Below, one piece after another: positions 13,101 through 25,677 of a DNA stretch of 64,000 bases; position 1 is the first letter of the stretch, and every line of letters begins with the position of its first letter. The notes below the pieces were generated by a model that had not been told where the DNA came from, did not search any database, and saw nothing but the letters and a program-made list of their open reading frames with translations. The stretch is from Macrostomum lignano (Eukaryota), in contig NIVC01002434.1 of the NCBI GenBank assembly GCA_002269645.1, positions 110,080-174,079 of the forward strand. The letters are read 5' to 3'. The position numbers were made by a program, and so were the translations under genes.

Positions 13101-16100
13101 CTACAGAGTCAGTCTGCAACCCCTTCCCCCCACAGAGTCAGTCTGCAACCCTCCCCCCCCCACAGAGTCAGCCTGCAACCCCTCCCCCCACAGAGTCAGT
13201 CTGCAACCCCTCCCCCCACAGAGTCAGTCTGCAACCCCTTCCCCCCCCCACAGAGTCAGTCTGCAACCCCTCCCGCACAGAGTCAGTCTGCAACCCCTCC
13301 CCCTACAGAGTCAGTCTGCAACCCCTCCCCCTACAGAGTCAGTCTTCAACCCCTTCTCAGTGCTCATATGTAACAATTGAGCAAATCAAAATGTACCAAT
13401 AGTTACGAGTACAACAACAGGAAAGGAGTGAGTGCATCGATAGTCTAAACGCTTGACAATCAAGTTTACAAGCATATATATATCGAGTACGAAGTTTTCG
13501 ATTATGATTTTGTAATATCGTGAAACAAATAGAAAAAATTCCGTTTAATCTCTGGGTTTTATCTCAACAGATCAATGTATTATTGTTAGTTGGTTAGCTC
13601 CATACTGTAGCGAATATCAATACTGACATCCGGCAATTGAATTCATACAATCCAGGTGACTGACAAACCAGTGCACGAGTTTAGTAGTCACCTCCCGACA
13701 CCAGATAAAACAGACTATTAAAATTTCTAGTTGAATCTCACCATAAACAATACTTCAGAAGCCTGAAACGAGGAAGTTAACTTTTGATGAAGATAGCTTT
13801 TCTTTCATTAATTAATAAAACTGTTCCCCAACAATATCGCGAGGGAGTGCTCAAAGCGAAATGTGCCGTTAAACTATCAATTAAGCAATTAAGCAACTCT
13901 ACAACTGGGTTAAGTGGCACTCAGCTAACTCAAGCTCTTTTCACTTCTACTAACCCTCTCTCCTCCCCTCTATCGCTCTCTTTCCCCTCTATCCCTCTCC
14001 TTCCCCTCTATCCCTCTCTCCTCCCCTCTATCCCTCTCTCTTTCCCCTCTATCCCTCTCTCCTCCCCTCTATCCCTCTCTCTTTCCCCTCTATCCCTCTC
14101 TCCTCCCCTCTATCCCTGTCTCTTTCCCCTCTATCCCTCTCTCTTTCCCTCTATCCCTCTCTCCTCCCCTCTATCCCTCTCTCTTTCCCCTCTATCCCTC
14201 TCCTTCCCCTCTATCCCTCTCTCTTTCCCCTCTATCCCTCTCTCCTCCCCTCTATCCCTCTCCTTCCCCTCTATCCCCCTCTTTCCCCTCTATCCCTCTC
14301 TCTTTCCCCTCTATCCCTCTCTCCTCCCCTCTATCCCTCTCTCATCCCCCTCTATCCCTCTCTTTCCCCTCTATCCCTCTCTCCTCCCCTCTATCCATCT
14401 CTCCTCCCCTCTATCCCTCTCTCTTTCCCCTCTATCCCTCTCTCCTCCCCTCTATCGCTCTCTCTTTCCCCTCTATCCCTCTCTTTCCCCTCTATCCCTC
14501 TCTTTCCCCTCTATCCCTCTCTCTTTCCCCTCTATCCCTCTCTCCTCCCCTCTATCCCTCTCTCCTCCCCTCTATCCCTCTCTCTTTCCCCTCTATACCT
14601 CTCCTTCCCCTCTATCCCTCTCTCTTTCCCCTCTATCCCTCTCTCCTCCCCTCTATCCCTCTCCTTCCCCTCTATCCCTCTCTTTCCCCTCTATCCCTCT
14701 CTCTTTCCCCTCTATCCCTCTCTCCTCCCCTCTATCCCTCTCTCCTCCCCTCTATCCCTCTCTCTTTCCCCTCTATCCCTCTCTTTCCCCTCTATCCCTC
14801 TCTCCTCCCCTCTATCCCTCTCTCTTTCCCCTCTATCCCTCTCTCCTCCCCTCTATCCCTCTCTCTTTCCCCTCTATCCCTCTCTCTTTCCCCTCTATCC
14901 CTCTCTCCTTCCCCTCTATCCCTCTCTCCTCCCCCTCTACCCCTCTCTCCTCCCCCTCTATCCCTCTCTCCTTCCCATCTACCCCTCTCCCCAACCCTCT
15001 AACCTCTCTCTCCTTCCTTTCTACCCATTCTCCTTACCATCTATCTTCAATATCAGCCAGCGTATATAAAACCATATTTTTGCAGCAAAAAGACATACAA
15101 AAATAAAACAAAATACAAAAATCAGTGCAAAAATCTACCGACAAAGTCAGGGCAATCATGATTACCTCCTTCCTGAAGAAGAACTTCAGCACAGTCGGCA
15201 CGGATTTCATTCCGTACAGGATGTACTCCTCTTTGATCACGTTCGACGCAATGTCGTAAAATTTCAGCTCCCGTCCAGTTGTTGACAGCACAAGCTTGTG
15301 GCAGTTGTCCATGAACACGGCGTCGATGACCCACTCGCTGAATAGCCGCTTGCCGGCAGAGCTGCCCGCCGTTGCCAGGTCAACCGGTGGATTCTGCGTC
15401 TCAAGATGGGATTCGAGTTTGAGCAGGCAGTCCCACAGCATGATGCAGCCGGTCTTGCTGACTGAGATCGGCCGAGTTGGACTGCCGGTCAGCAGCAGGC
15501 GGGCTGTTGGTTCTTGCTGTTGGTTTCGGGTGAAGCGGTTTATACTACTTGTACAGACGAGTTAGTGAGTAGTATGTTACGCTATTTGAATCTTGTCTTT
15601 TGTTCATTTGTCGATTGAAGCAAGAAATTATGCTATCTAGACGGGATTTCTGATCCGCAAGGAAAGCCCCTGATTTATTAGTCAATGTCCTTGCTTCATA
15701 AGATTACCTCATTGACGAAAGGATTCACTTTGCTCGATTTCAATATTTTTTATTAGAGGCAGGGGGGTTGTGTGCACCCTGGCGCACTTTAAGCGACATA
15801 GGCACACAACCGGCGAGAGGCATTACTGCCCATTCCGCCGACTCCCCTGAGCAGGCATACAAGCGCGAGGATACGTACGCAGGCACACACTCACACAGGA
15901 GTGTACAGCGGCCCTAACTTTATTTCATCGTTAGGCATGTACACTTCACTGCGCCTTGGGGGGTTGGCTCTCAAGGCCGTTAATTGCACGAGCAGAGCCA
16001 ACCGAGATTCCAATTCAGCCCCAAATTAATGTGACTGCACTTGGAATCGAGCCTGGGTCACTGGCACACCAGAGCAGCAGCGCTACCGCTGGGCTACGGC

Positions 16101-16743
16101 CCCCCCTCAATATTATTTCCCTTCTCCATAATTGGGATTCCCCTTGCTCCTTGAGGGGGCTTTCCCAATCGTAGGGATTCCCTTGTTCAATGTTTGGATT
16201 CCCCTGTTCTATTTTGGGATTCCTCTGCTCAATAAGGAGATTCTCCTGCTACAAGTATGAATACTTCTGTCAAAAACAGACAAGGATTCCCCGACGTACA
16301 GAACAAAAATCTTCAGCTCAATGTCCAAAAAATTCCCCTGGCAACTGACCTTGTTATGCAGCACGTGCCGCAGCCTGGGCTCCGCTTTGAATGGCGGATC
16401 AACGCGATTAGTGAGACGGTCCCTCTCGTGCAGGTAAAGCATCATGTAGTTGCAGAACTCGGTCCAGGTGACGCTGCCGCTGTTGTCGGTGTCCAACTTG
16501 TAGTACAGGCGCTCCAGCTGGCCCGAGAACCTGTCGTGCCCGATCACCCGGTTCAGGGTGGCCGTGAACTCGCCCAGGTTGAGGTAGCCCTGTCGCCGCT
16601 TTGTCTTCTTCGACTTTTTGCCTCCTCGGGCCTTTGAATCCGCTTCGCTGGGTGGCCGATAGTTTTCGAACAGGGCCTTCACGCGCTGCAGGTGCGGCAG
16701 CTGCAGGAAGTCCTCTACACGGAGACTGCCGCCCTGCTCGGAC
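4111..16743 (-). CDS. EF-hand + WD40-repeat protein (WDR49/EFCAB8/WDY-like), ~1100 aa, multi-exon
   Basis: Exons with GT-AG ends and consistent phases: 16350-16743 (EF loop DTDNSGSVTWTEFCNYM), 15166-15516, 11804-12497, 10092-10495, 9677-9858, 8984-9416, 6962-7132, 6078-6153, 5892-5992 (or from 6037), 5593-5676, 4749-4895, 4111-4350 (stop). WD motifs include LLVTGSHDHLVRFWN, LEGHNNAVLSV, LFTGSRHGSMKVWN, LATASYDGAVLVWN. Family assignment is from domain architecture, not a search. Confidence 0.82.
4945..5531. repeat. 31-bp minisatellite (gccagttaacagttaacataacagagccata), intronic
   Basis: Tandem units visible between WD40-gene exons 4749-4895 and 5593-5676. Confidence 0.95.
6186..6520. mobile_element. 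MITE-like element with ~77-bp imperfect TIRs
   Basis: 6186-6262 (gatgtgaacttgagagttaaaatggagcc...ttcatttggagc) is the reverse complement of 6444-6520 with scattered mismatches. No TSD identified. Confidence 0.7.
7366..8498. mobile_element. Non-autonomous foldback element, ~145-bp TIRs enclosing a 27-bp minisatellite
   Basis: 7366-7512 and 8353-8498 are imperfect reverse complements (gcggcctagttggaactgcaagc...ttgatcattcta vs tagaatgatcaa...gcttgcagtaccaactaagccgc). Confidence 0.8.
7657..8190. repeat. 27/28-bp minisatellite (gctgaggtttattccagggaagtttat)
   Basis: Tandem units visible inside the foldback element. Confidence 0.95.
10553..10760. repeat. 22-bp minisatellite (gctgagtcatgttgtcagcatc)
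   Basis: Tandem units visible. Confidence 0.93.
11430..11630 (+). repeat. Dispersed repeat with GA-rich arm; inverted copy at ~62780-62990
   Basis: gattgctattgtgaagtttcaaaggacccga and its flanks match the reverse complement of the 62780-62880 region. Both copies adjoin a GA/CT-rich tract. Confidence 0.65.
12598..13355. repeat. ~27-30-bp minisatellite (cacagagtcagtctgcaacccctcccc)
   Basis: Tandem units with a variable C-run; source of the Pro/Gln-rich pseudo-ORFs. Confidence 0.93.
13955..15010. repeat. Polypyrimidine minisatellite (cccctctatccctctctc[ttt])
   Basis: About 1 kb of C/T-rich tandem units. Confidence 0.93.
15750..16106 (-). mobile_element. tRNA-derived SINE (family B), intronic
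   Basis: Minus strand begins ggggccgtagcccagcggtagcgc (A-box-like), followed by ggctcgattcc (B-box-like), a non-tRNA body and an A-rich end (ctaataaaaa). Confidence 0.55.
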
Positions 16744-16762
16744 CTTTGAGCAAGGGTAGATG

Positions 16763-17020
<258 letters not shown>

Positions 17021-17669
17021 GAGTCTACGTAAAGTTACAGTCAACTATTCGTCTAACACACATTACTGACATACAGAAAGGTGTTCAACAAAATTAGTAA
17101 TGAATAATTAATGAGTTTTCCGACAGAGCTGAGAATCTTAATTAACGACTGAGTCAAGAGACCCTAGCTGCTAGAAAGCCCTACTTAAGCTTATATGAAT
17201 ACTAGTAAAAAACTGATCGATGCAGCTTGGGTCTGTTTGCAAGAAGGCAAGAATTTGAGTGCACACAGGAAAGCGTTTTGCAGTCCTCTTGGCCTCAGGT
17301 GTGCCCACTGTAATAGAAACTGCTGTTTGCAGTCCACTGAGGCTGGTGCGCCATTGACTGTTAGACACGTGGTAAGGACATGGGTTTCGTTTTACATTAC
17401 ACCAGTACAAATACACAGTAATGCACACTCGTAGCTCCAACCTGCCTAAGGGTGTCGAATTGCCTACACACACACACCTGGGCTTCCGGACCAAACAGGC
17501 GATTTGTACTTTTACTGGCTTGGTAGTTTCGCATGTTTGACAGAGCAAACAATTGTTATAGAACTGCAGATAATGGAAAGTTGGAAAATTTCCTGACAAA
17601 TTTCTGCTTTCATCTATTTATTCTATCCTCTAGTTACATGAATTCGTTTGTATCTATTCCTTCTATTTG

Positions 17670-20600
17670 TCTATCCATTATATCCATCCATTCTATCCAT
17701 CCATTCTATCCATCCATTCTATCCATCCATTCTATCCATCCATTCTGTCCATCCATTCTATCCATCCATTCTATCCATCCATTCTATCCATCCATTCTAT
17801 CCATCCATTCTATCCATCCATTCTATCCATCCATTCTATCCATCCATTCTATCCATCCATTCTATCCATCCATTATATCCATTCATTTCTATCCATCCAT
17901 TCTATCCATCCAGTCTATCCATCCATTCTATCCATCCAGTCTATCCATCCAGTCTATCCATCCATTCTATCCATTTCTACCTATCCATTCTATCCATCCA
18001 TTCTATCCATCCATTCTATCCATCCATTCTATCCATCCAGTCTATCAATCCATTCTATCCATTTCTACTTATCCATTCTATCCATCCATTCTATCCATCC
18101 ATTCTATCCATCCATTCTATCAATCAATTCTATCCATCCATTCTATCCATCCATTCTATCCATCCAGTCTATCCATCCATTCTATCCATCCATTCGATCC
18201 ATCCATTATATCCATTCATTTCTATCCATCCATTCTATCCATCCAGTCTATCCATCCATTCAATCCATCCAGTCTATCCATCCATTCTATTCATCCATTC
18301 TATCCATCCACTCTATCCATCCATTCTATCTATCCATTATATCCATCATTCTATCCATCCATTCTATCCATCCATTCTATCCATCCATTCTATGTATCCA
18401 TTCTATCCATCCATTCTATCCATCTAGTCTATCCATCTATTCTATCCATCCATTCTATCCATCCATTCTATCCATCCATTCTATCCATTTCTACTAATCC
18501 ATTCTATCCATCAATTCTATCCATCATTCTATCCATCCATTATATCCATCATTCTATCCATCCATTCTATCCATCCATTCTATCCATCCATTCTATGTAT
18601 CCATTCTATCCATCCATTCTATCCATTCAGTCTATCCATCTATTCTATCCATCTATTCTATCCATCCATTCTATCCATCCATTCTATCCATTTCTACCTA
18701 TCCATTCTATCCATCCATTCTATTCATCCATTCTATCCATCCATTCTATCCATCCATTCTATCCATCCATTCTATCCATCCATTCTATCCATCCATTCTA
18801 TCCATCCATTATATTCATTCATTTCTATCCATCCATTCTATCCATCCAGTCTATCCATCCATTCTATCCATCCAGTCTATCCATCCAGTCTATCCATTAT
18901 ATCTATCCATTCTATCTATCCATTCTATCCATCCATTCTATCCATCCATTCTATCCATCCATTCTATCCATCCATTCTATCCATCCATTCTATCCATCCA
19001 TTCTATCCATCCATTCTATCCATCCATTCTATCCATCCTTTCTATCCATTCATTCTATCCATCCATTCTATCCATCCATTCTATCCATCCATTCTATCCA
19101 TCCACTCTATCCATCCATTCTATCCATCCATTCTATCTATCCATTCTATCCATCCATTCTATCCATCCATTCTATCCATCCATTCTATCCATTTCTGTCC
19201 ATCCATTCTATCCATCCATTCTATCCATTTCTATCCATCTATTCTATCCATCCATTCTATCCATCCATTCTATCCATCCATTCTATCCATCCATTCTATC
19301 CATCCATTCTATCTCTCCATTCTATCCATTTCTATCCATCCATTCTATCCATCCAGTCTATCTATCCATTCTATCCATCATTCTATCCATCCATTCTATC
19401 CATCCATTCTATCCATCCAGTCTATCAATCCATTCTATCCATTTCTACTTATCCATTCTATCCATCCATTCTATCCATCCATTCTATCCATCCATTCTAT
19501 CAATCAATTCTATCCATCCATTCTATCCATCCATTCTATCCATCCAGTCTATCCATCCATTCTATCCATCCATTCGATCCATCCATTATATCCATTCATT
19601 TCTATCCATCCATTCTATCCATCCAGTCTATCCATCCATTCAATCCATCCAGTCTATCCATCCATTCTATTCATCCATTCTATCCATCCACTCTATCCAT
19701 CCATTCTATCTATCCATTCTATCCATTCATTCTATCCATCCATTCTATCCATCCATTCTATCCATCCATTATATCCATCCAATATACCCATCCATTCTAT
19801 CCATCCATTCTATCCATCCATTCTATCTATCCATTCTATCCATTTCTATCCATCCATTCTATCCATCCAGTCTATCTATCCATTCTATCCATCATTCTAT
19901 CCATCCATTAAATCCATCATTCTTACCATCCATTCTATTCATCCATTCTATCCATCCATTCTATGTATCCATTCTATCCATCCATTCTATCCATCTAGTC
20001 TATCCATCTATTCTATCCATCTATTCTATCCATCCATTCTATCCATCCATTCTATCCATTTCTACCTATCCATTCTATCCATCAATTCTATCCATCCATT
20101 CTATCCATCCATTCTATCCATCCAGTCTATCTATCCATTCTATCCATCATTCTATCCATCCATTATATCCATCATTCTATCCATCCATTCTATCCATCCA
20201 TTCTATCCATCCATTCTATGTATCCATTCTATCCATCCATTCTATCCATTCAGTCTATCCATCTATTCTATCCATCTATTCTATCCATCCATTCTATCCA
20301 TCCATTCTATCCATTTCTACCTATCCATTCTATCCATCAATTCTATCCATCCATTCTATCCATCCATTCTATCCATCCATTCTATCCATCCATTCTATCC
20401 ATCTATTCTATCCATCCATTCTATCCATCCATTATATCCATTCATTTCTATCCATCCATTCTATCCATCCAGTCTATCCATCCATTCTATCCATCCAGTC
20501 TATCCATCCAGTCTATCCATCCATTCTATCCATTTCTACCTATCCATTCTATCCATCCATTCTATCCATCCATTCTATCCATCCATTCTATCCATTTCTA

Positions 20601-21000
20601 CCTATCCATTCTATCCATCCATTCTATTCATCCATTCTATCCATCCATTCTATCCATCCATTCTATCCATCCATTCTATCCATCCATTCTATCCATCCAT
20701 TCTATCCATCCATTCTATCCATCCATTCTATCCATCCATTCTATCCATCCATTCTATCCATCCATTCTATCCATCCATTCTATCCATCCATTCTATCCAT
20801 TTCTGTCCATCCATTCTATCCATCCATTCTATCCATTTCTATCCATCTATTCTATCCATCCATTCTATCCATCCATTCTATCCATCCATTCTATCCATCC
20901 ATTCTATCTATCCATTCTATCCATTTCTATCCATCCATTCTATCCATCCAGTCTATCCATCCATTCTATCTATCCACTCTATCTATCCATTCTATCTACT
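17670..21000. repeat. ~3.3-kb satellite of a 13-bp unit (tccatccattcta) with higher-order duplications
   Basis: Direct observation; explains the 792-aa SIHPFYP pseudo-ORF. Confidence 0.97.
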
Positions 21001-21224
21001 ATATCGAATTATTTTATTTTTTTCTAGTGTTTTCTAGTCATTTGTTACAATTGGTTGATTGGTTTAATCAAATTAAATTTTCCGTTAATTATTTCTGCTA
21101 GTGAATTAAATCTTTTGTTATAATATATTTCATCTCTTGTGCAATATCTATATATAAATAGAAATAAATATCTTTCACCTGCTCAAAGCAAAATCACTTT
21201 TATATTCCCTATAGAAGCGCGTAC

Positions 21225-21507
21225 CAGACAGCTACCAGACAGCTACCAGACAGCTACCAGACAGCTACCAGACAGCTACCAGACAGCTACCAGATAGCTA
21301 CCAGACAGCTACCAGACAGCTACCAGACAGCTACCAGACAACTACCAGACAGCTACCAGACAGCTACCAGACAGCTACCAGATAGCTACCAGACAGCTAC
21401 CAGACAGCTACCAGACAGCTACCAGACAGCTACCAGATAGCTACCAGACAGCTACCAGACAGCTACCAGACAACTACCAGACAGCTACCAGACAGCTACC
21501 AGACAGC
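21225..21507. repeat. 11-bp minisatellite (taccagacagc)
   Basis: Direct observation. Confidence 0.95.
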
Positions 21508-22079
21508 TTCAGTAGTATAGCAGATTTACAATCTCAGCCCGCTGTATGGGTAACTAACAACCAAAGCAAAAAATTGATTGAGAAACTTTTTCTATTTATG
21601 AGATAGTAAATGTATGAATTCTTGTGTTTTTTAATGATAATGCAGCCAATTTGTGGATACAGAAAACCTCCCATCCCCGTCAAACCTTCTGTCAGCTAAT
21701 TTTACAGCCAGTCACAGAGGGAATGAAAAATTAAGTCAGCCCACAGCCTTAGGTAATCCGAGGTACAGTCACCAACCCAACTCAACTCGGGTGAACTTCC
21801 GGTTCAGAGGCACAGGACACGCCTGTGTCTGTCTAATTCTCAACTGACAATACAGAAAAGGCCCGAGACTCACACACATCGTACAGTTGAATGACAGGGC
21901 CACTCTGAATGTATTGTGCCACTCCTCTGTCCTTGATAGGGGGATTATTGAGCCGGTGTAAGAGCCATACTGTGAGCCGATGTTCATTGTGACTCTTTGG
22001 GGGCTTAGACTTAATCTTTTTGGGACTTTGTATCTTCGGGCGAATACCACTCTGATACGCTTGCATATCGTGAGTAATT

Positions 22080-22470
22080 CCCCTAGAGAATAATAGTAAT
22101 TCCCTTTAAGAATGAGGATAATTCCCCTAGAGACTAAGAGTAGCCCAGAGAATATGATTAATCCCCTTAGAGAATAAGAGTAATTCCCCTCGAGAATGAG
22201 ACTAATTCCCCCGAGAGAATGTGACTAATTCCCCTTAGTTAATGAGAGTAATTCCATTAGAGAATAAGAAGCCTAAAGAAAGTGACTAATTCCCATAGAG
22301 TGAGAGTAATTCCCATTAGAGAACGAAAGTAATTCCCCTGGAGAATGAAGAGTAATTCCCCCTAGACAATGAGAGAAATTTCCTTTGTGAATGAGAGTAA
22401 TTCCCCTAGAGAATGAGAGTAATTCTCTTAAACAATGAGAAAAATTCCCAAAGAGAACGCGAGAACTTTT
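22080..22470. repeat. Degenerate ~28-bp minisatellite (gagaatgagagtaattcccctag)
   Basis: Diverged tandem units. Confidence 0.75.
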
Positions 22471-22845
22471 CTGGAAGTGTTAGACTGACACAATTCCCTC
22501 GAAAATTCTCTTTGCTGTAAATAGCGAAGTAACCGCACAGACTGCAGTCGATCTTTTTGACAGCAATTTACTGAGACATTTCACTAAAAGTTTATCTGCC
22601 AACTGTCCTGTAAACTGCTTTATCAATATGAGAAAATCAACAGAATTGGCCTACTAGATAATGTCAATTATACATACAAGTATGATAAGTGTGCATGTTT
22701 TATAAATATATTTGTTTTACAGAATTGTTTCTCCGTATGAGTAACTGCATACCAGTACGCCTAAATGGACATTACAGATGCAGGTTTGTACAGTACATCT
22801 TTGTACTAGATTTATAGTCATATAGATAGATAAAAAGATATATTG

Positions 22846-22849
22846 ATTA

Positions 22850-22910
<61 letters not shown>

Positions 22911-22927
22911 CTGATTGATTGATTGAC

Positions 22928-23001
<74 letters not shown>

Positions 23002-23006
23002 GTTGG

Positions 23007-23056
<50 letters not shown>
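22846..23056. repeat. (GATT)n microsatellite
   Basis: Direct observation. Confidence 0.97.
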
Positions 23057-23058
<2 letters not shown>

Positions 23059-23662
23059 CAGTGTCAGAGATAGGTCAGGACTGTACAGTGTCAGAGATTG
23101 ATAAGGACTGTACAGTGTCAGAGATTGGTCAGGACTGTGTACAGTGTCAGAGATTGGTCAGGACTGTGTACAGTGTCAGAGATTGGTCAGGACTGTGTAC
23201 AGTGTCAGAGATTGGTCAGGACTGTGTACAGTGTCAGAGATTGGTCAGGACTGTGTACAGTGTCAGAGATTGGTCAGGACTGTACAGTGTCAGAGATTGG
23301 TAAGGACTGTACAGTGTCAGAGATTGGTCAGGACTGTGTACAGTGTCAGAGATTGGTCAGGACTGTGTACAGTGTCAGAGATTGGTCAGGACTGTGTACA
23401 GTGTCAGAGATTGGTCAGGACTGTGTACAGTGTCAGAGATTGGTCAGGACTGTGTACAGTGTCAGAGATTGGTCAGGACTGTGTACAGTGTCAGAGATTG
23501 GTCAGGACTGTGTACAGTGTCAGAGATTGGTCAGGACTGTGTACAGTGTCAGAGATTGGTCAGGACTGTGTACAGTGTCAGAGATTGGTCAGGACTGTGT
23601 ACAGTGTCAGAGATTGGTCAGGACTGTGTACAGTGTCAGAGATTGGTCAGGACTGTGTACAG
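23057..23662. repeat. 29-bp minisatellite (cagtgtcagagattggtcaggactgtgta; 27-bp variants)
   Basis: Tandem units run directly into the PhyH-like exon. Confidence 0.95.
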
Positions 23663-24531
23663 AGTGTGGGAGATCAGCAGAGGGCAAATCAAGAGCGGGT
23701 GGATCGCCTGGGCGACTATCCAGTCGAGCAGCAGCCTGGCGACGCGCTGTTCTTCCACAGCAACCTGCTGCACACGAGCGCACCGAACCGCAGCGACCTG
23801 CGTCGCTGGTTCCTGACCATCGCCTACAACCGCGCCGACAATGACCCGGTGTACCGACACCACCACCCGCAGTACACTCCGCTGCACAATGTGCTTCTTC
23901 TTTGAGCAATATTTTCAAAGTTATGAATAGATAAGTTCTGTAGATAAGTTGTGGAGAAAAGTCTTTTCTTGCCAGCGATTTTCTCATATACGATTTTCTC
24001 ATTAGATGATTTTCTCATAGATGATTTTCTCATAGACGATTTTCTCATTAGATGATTTTCTCATAGACGATTTTCTCATAGACGATTTTCTCATTAGATG
24101 ATTTTCTCATAGACGATTTTCTCATAGACGATTTTCTCATTAGATGATTTTCTCATAGACGATTTTCTCATAGACGATTTTCTCATAGACGATTTCTTAT
24201 AGACAATTTTCTCATTAGATGATCTTCGCATACCGGTAGGCGATTCTCTCATTAGATGATTTTAGACGATATTCTCATAGATTATTTTCTCATTAGATTA
24301 TTTTCTCATAGACAATTTCTCATAGGCGATTTTCTCACAGACAATTTTCCCATATGCGATTTTCTCTCAAGACATTTTCACAGGAAAGTGTCAAATGAAA
24401 ACTTCTAACAAAGCTTTCAATTTTGCATTTTTCAGGTTGAGAACTCAGCCCTGCTCAACTGTCAATCGCCCGCAAAACTGTATGGCAAAGATTTCCTAAC
24501 ACCGAGCCAGGATATTTATCCCAATAAGTAA
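23663..24531 (+). pseudogene. 3' fragment (two exons) of a phytanoyl-CoA dioxygenase (PhyH) family 2OG-Fe(II) enzyme
   Basis: Exon 23663-23890 reads SVGDQQRANQERV...PGDALFFHSNLLHTSAPNRSDLRRWFLTIAYNRADNDPVYRHHHPQYTPLHN, with the PhyH C-terminal pattern GDxLFFHxxLLHxSxPNxSxxRR. A phase-0 splice (weak gtgctt donor) to 24436-24531 gives VENSALLNC...GKDFLTPSQDIYPNK*. I found no upstream exon carrying the HxD motif. Confidence 0.7.
23985..24350. repeat. 15/16-bp minisatellite (gattttctcatagac) in the PhyH intron
   Basis: Direct observation. Confidence 0.9.
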
Positions 24532-24979
24532 TTAATTAATAGAAGCCGAACTTTTCTGGTGTGGGCTATAACAGTATAACAACTATAACTGAGAATTAAA
24601 GTACAAATATACACTAATTGGTTCTATGCCACTGTTGTTAGGGAAACAATTATTCCCATATTATTTGAGAGTGAAGGTGTGAAAATCAAGAGTCATTTAT
24701 TTTTTCGTTCTTTTGAGATTCTAAGATGCAAGTTGCCAAGTCTGAGAAGAAATTATTAAAGCAGAAAAGTCGATGCAGACATTGTTCTGCGTGGGTAGTT
24801 CCTTGGTTGCATCCAGAATTTCAGATGAAACCCCAAATCTTTGAGAAGGCCTTTGAGTTGCACTTTTATTTTAATGACCTTTAACAGCTATAGCCATGGT
24901 TCGCTTACAATCCACCTTTCGAATAACAGTCAATTCTGTAATAGTGACAATCCACCAATAAAATTAACAACCTACCCAT

Positions 24980-25560
24980 AGCCAAGCCAACCTTAGAATG
25001 ACAATCCACTTTTAGATTGACAATCCACTTTTAGATTGACAATCCACCCTTAGAATGACAACCCACTCCTAGAATGACAACCTACCCATATTATGAAAGC
25101 CCACCCCTAGAATGACAACCCACTCCTAGAATGACAAGCTACCCCTATTATGAAAGCCCACCCCTAGAATGACAACCCACTCCTAGAATGACAAGCTACC
25201 CCTATTATGAAAGCCCACCCCTAGAATGACAAGCTACCCATATTATGAAAGCACACCCCTAGAATGACAACCCACTCCTAGAATGACAACCCACTCCTAG
25301 AATGACAACCCACTCCTATAAAGACAACCCTCTGCTAAATTGACAACTCACCGACAATCTACCCTTCAAATATCAACAATTCCACCTTTGAATGACAACC
25401 CACTCCTAGTATGATAAACCACTCCTAGAATGACAACCCAAACTTACAAATGACAACTCAGCTTTGAAATTTTACAGTATAACCTTAGAATAATAACGCA
25501 ATCTTAAAAGAACAACTCACTGTTTAGACTGACAACCCATCCTTCAGAACGAAAACCCTA
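24980..25560. repeat. Degenerate minisatellite (agaatgacaacccactcct-type units)
   Basis: Diverged tandem units. Confidence 0.8.
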
Positions 25561-25654
25561 GGTTAAAATTGACAATCCAAGCCTAAACAAAAAGTCAGAT
25601 ACAAAATATGCTCTATCAGACATGCAAGTTGAAATGCAAATCAAAGTAACTCAC

Positions 25655-25677
25655 TCGGAAGCATCTGAATCCGACAT
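25655..25677 (-). CDS. Candidate first coding micro-exon of the EF-hand/WD40 gene (MSDSDAS-E)
   Basis: gcaccATG in good context, ending GA|GTGAGT (phase 2). This matches the phase-2 start of exon 16743 and gives a total CDS of 3300 nt (divisible by 3). The link is inferred. Confidence 0.4.

Noticed and set aside
12508-15106. Pro/Ser-rich ORFs resembling extensins or mucins
   Set aside because: C-rich minisatellites in a WD40-gene intron on the antisense strand.
17533-21027. 792-aa and other long ORFs (SIHPFYP repeats)
   Set aside because: Translation of a G-poor 13-bp satellite that cannot form many stop codons.
21770-22066. Possible two-exon minus-strand segment with a 30-nt intron
   Set aside because: No recognisable homology, very short intron, and no phase link to neighbouring genes.
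23055-23662. CRISPR-like regular 29-bp repeats (also the 45-bp and 31-bp arrays)
   Set aside because: Head-to-tail units with no unique spacers, no cas genes, eukaryotic context.
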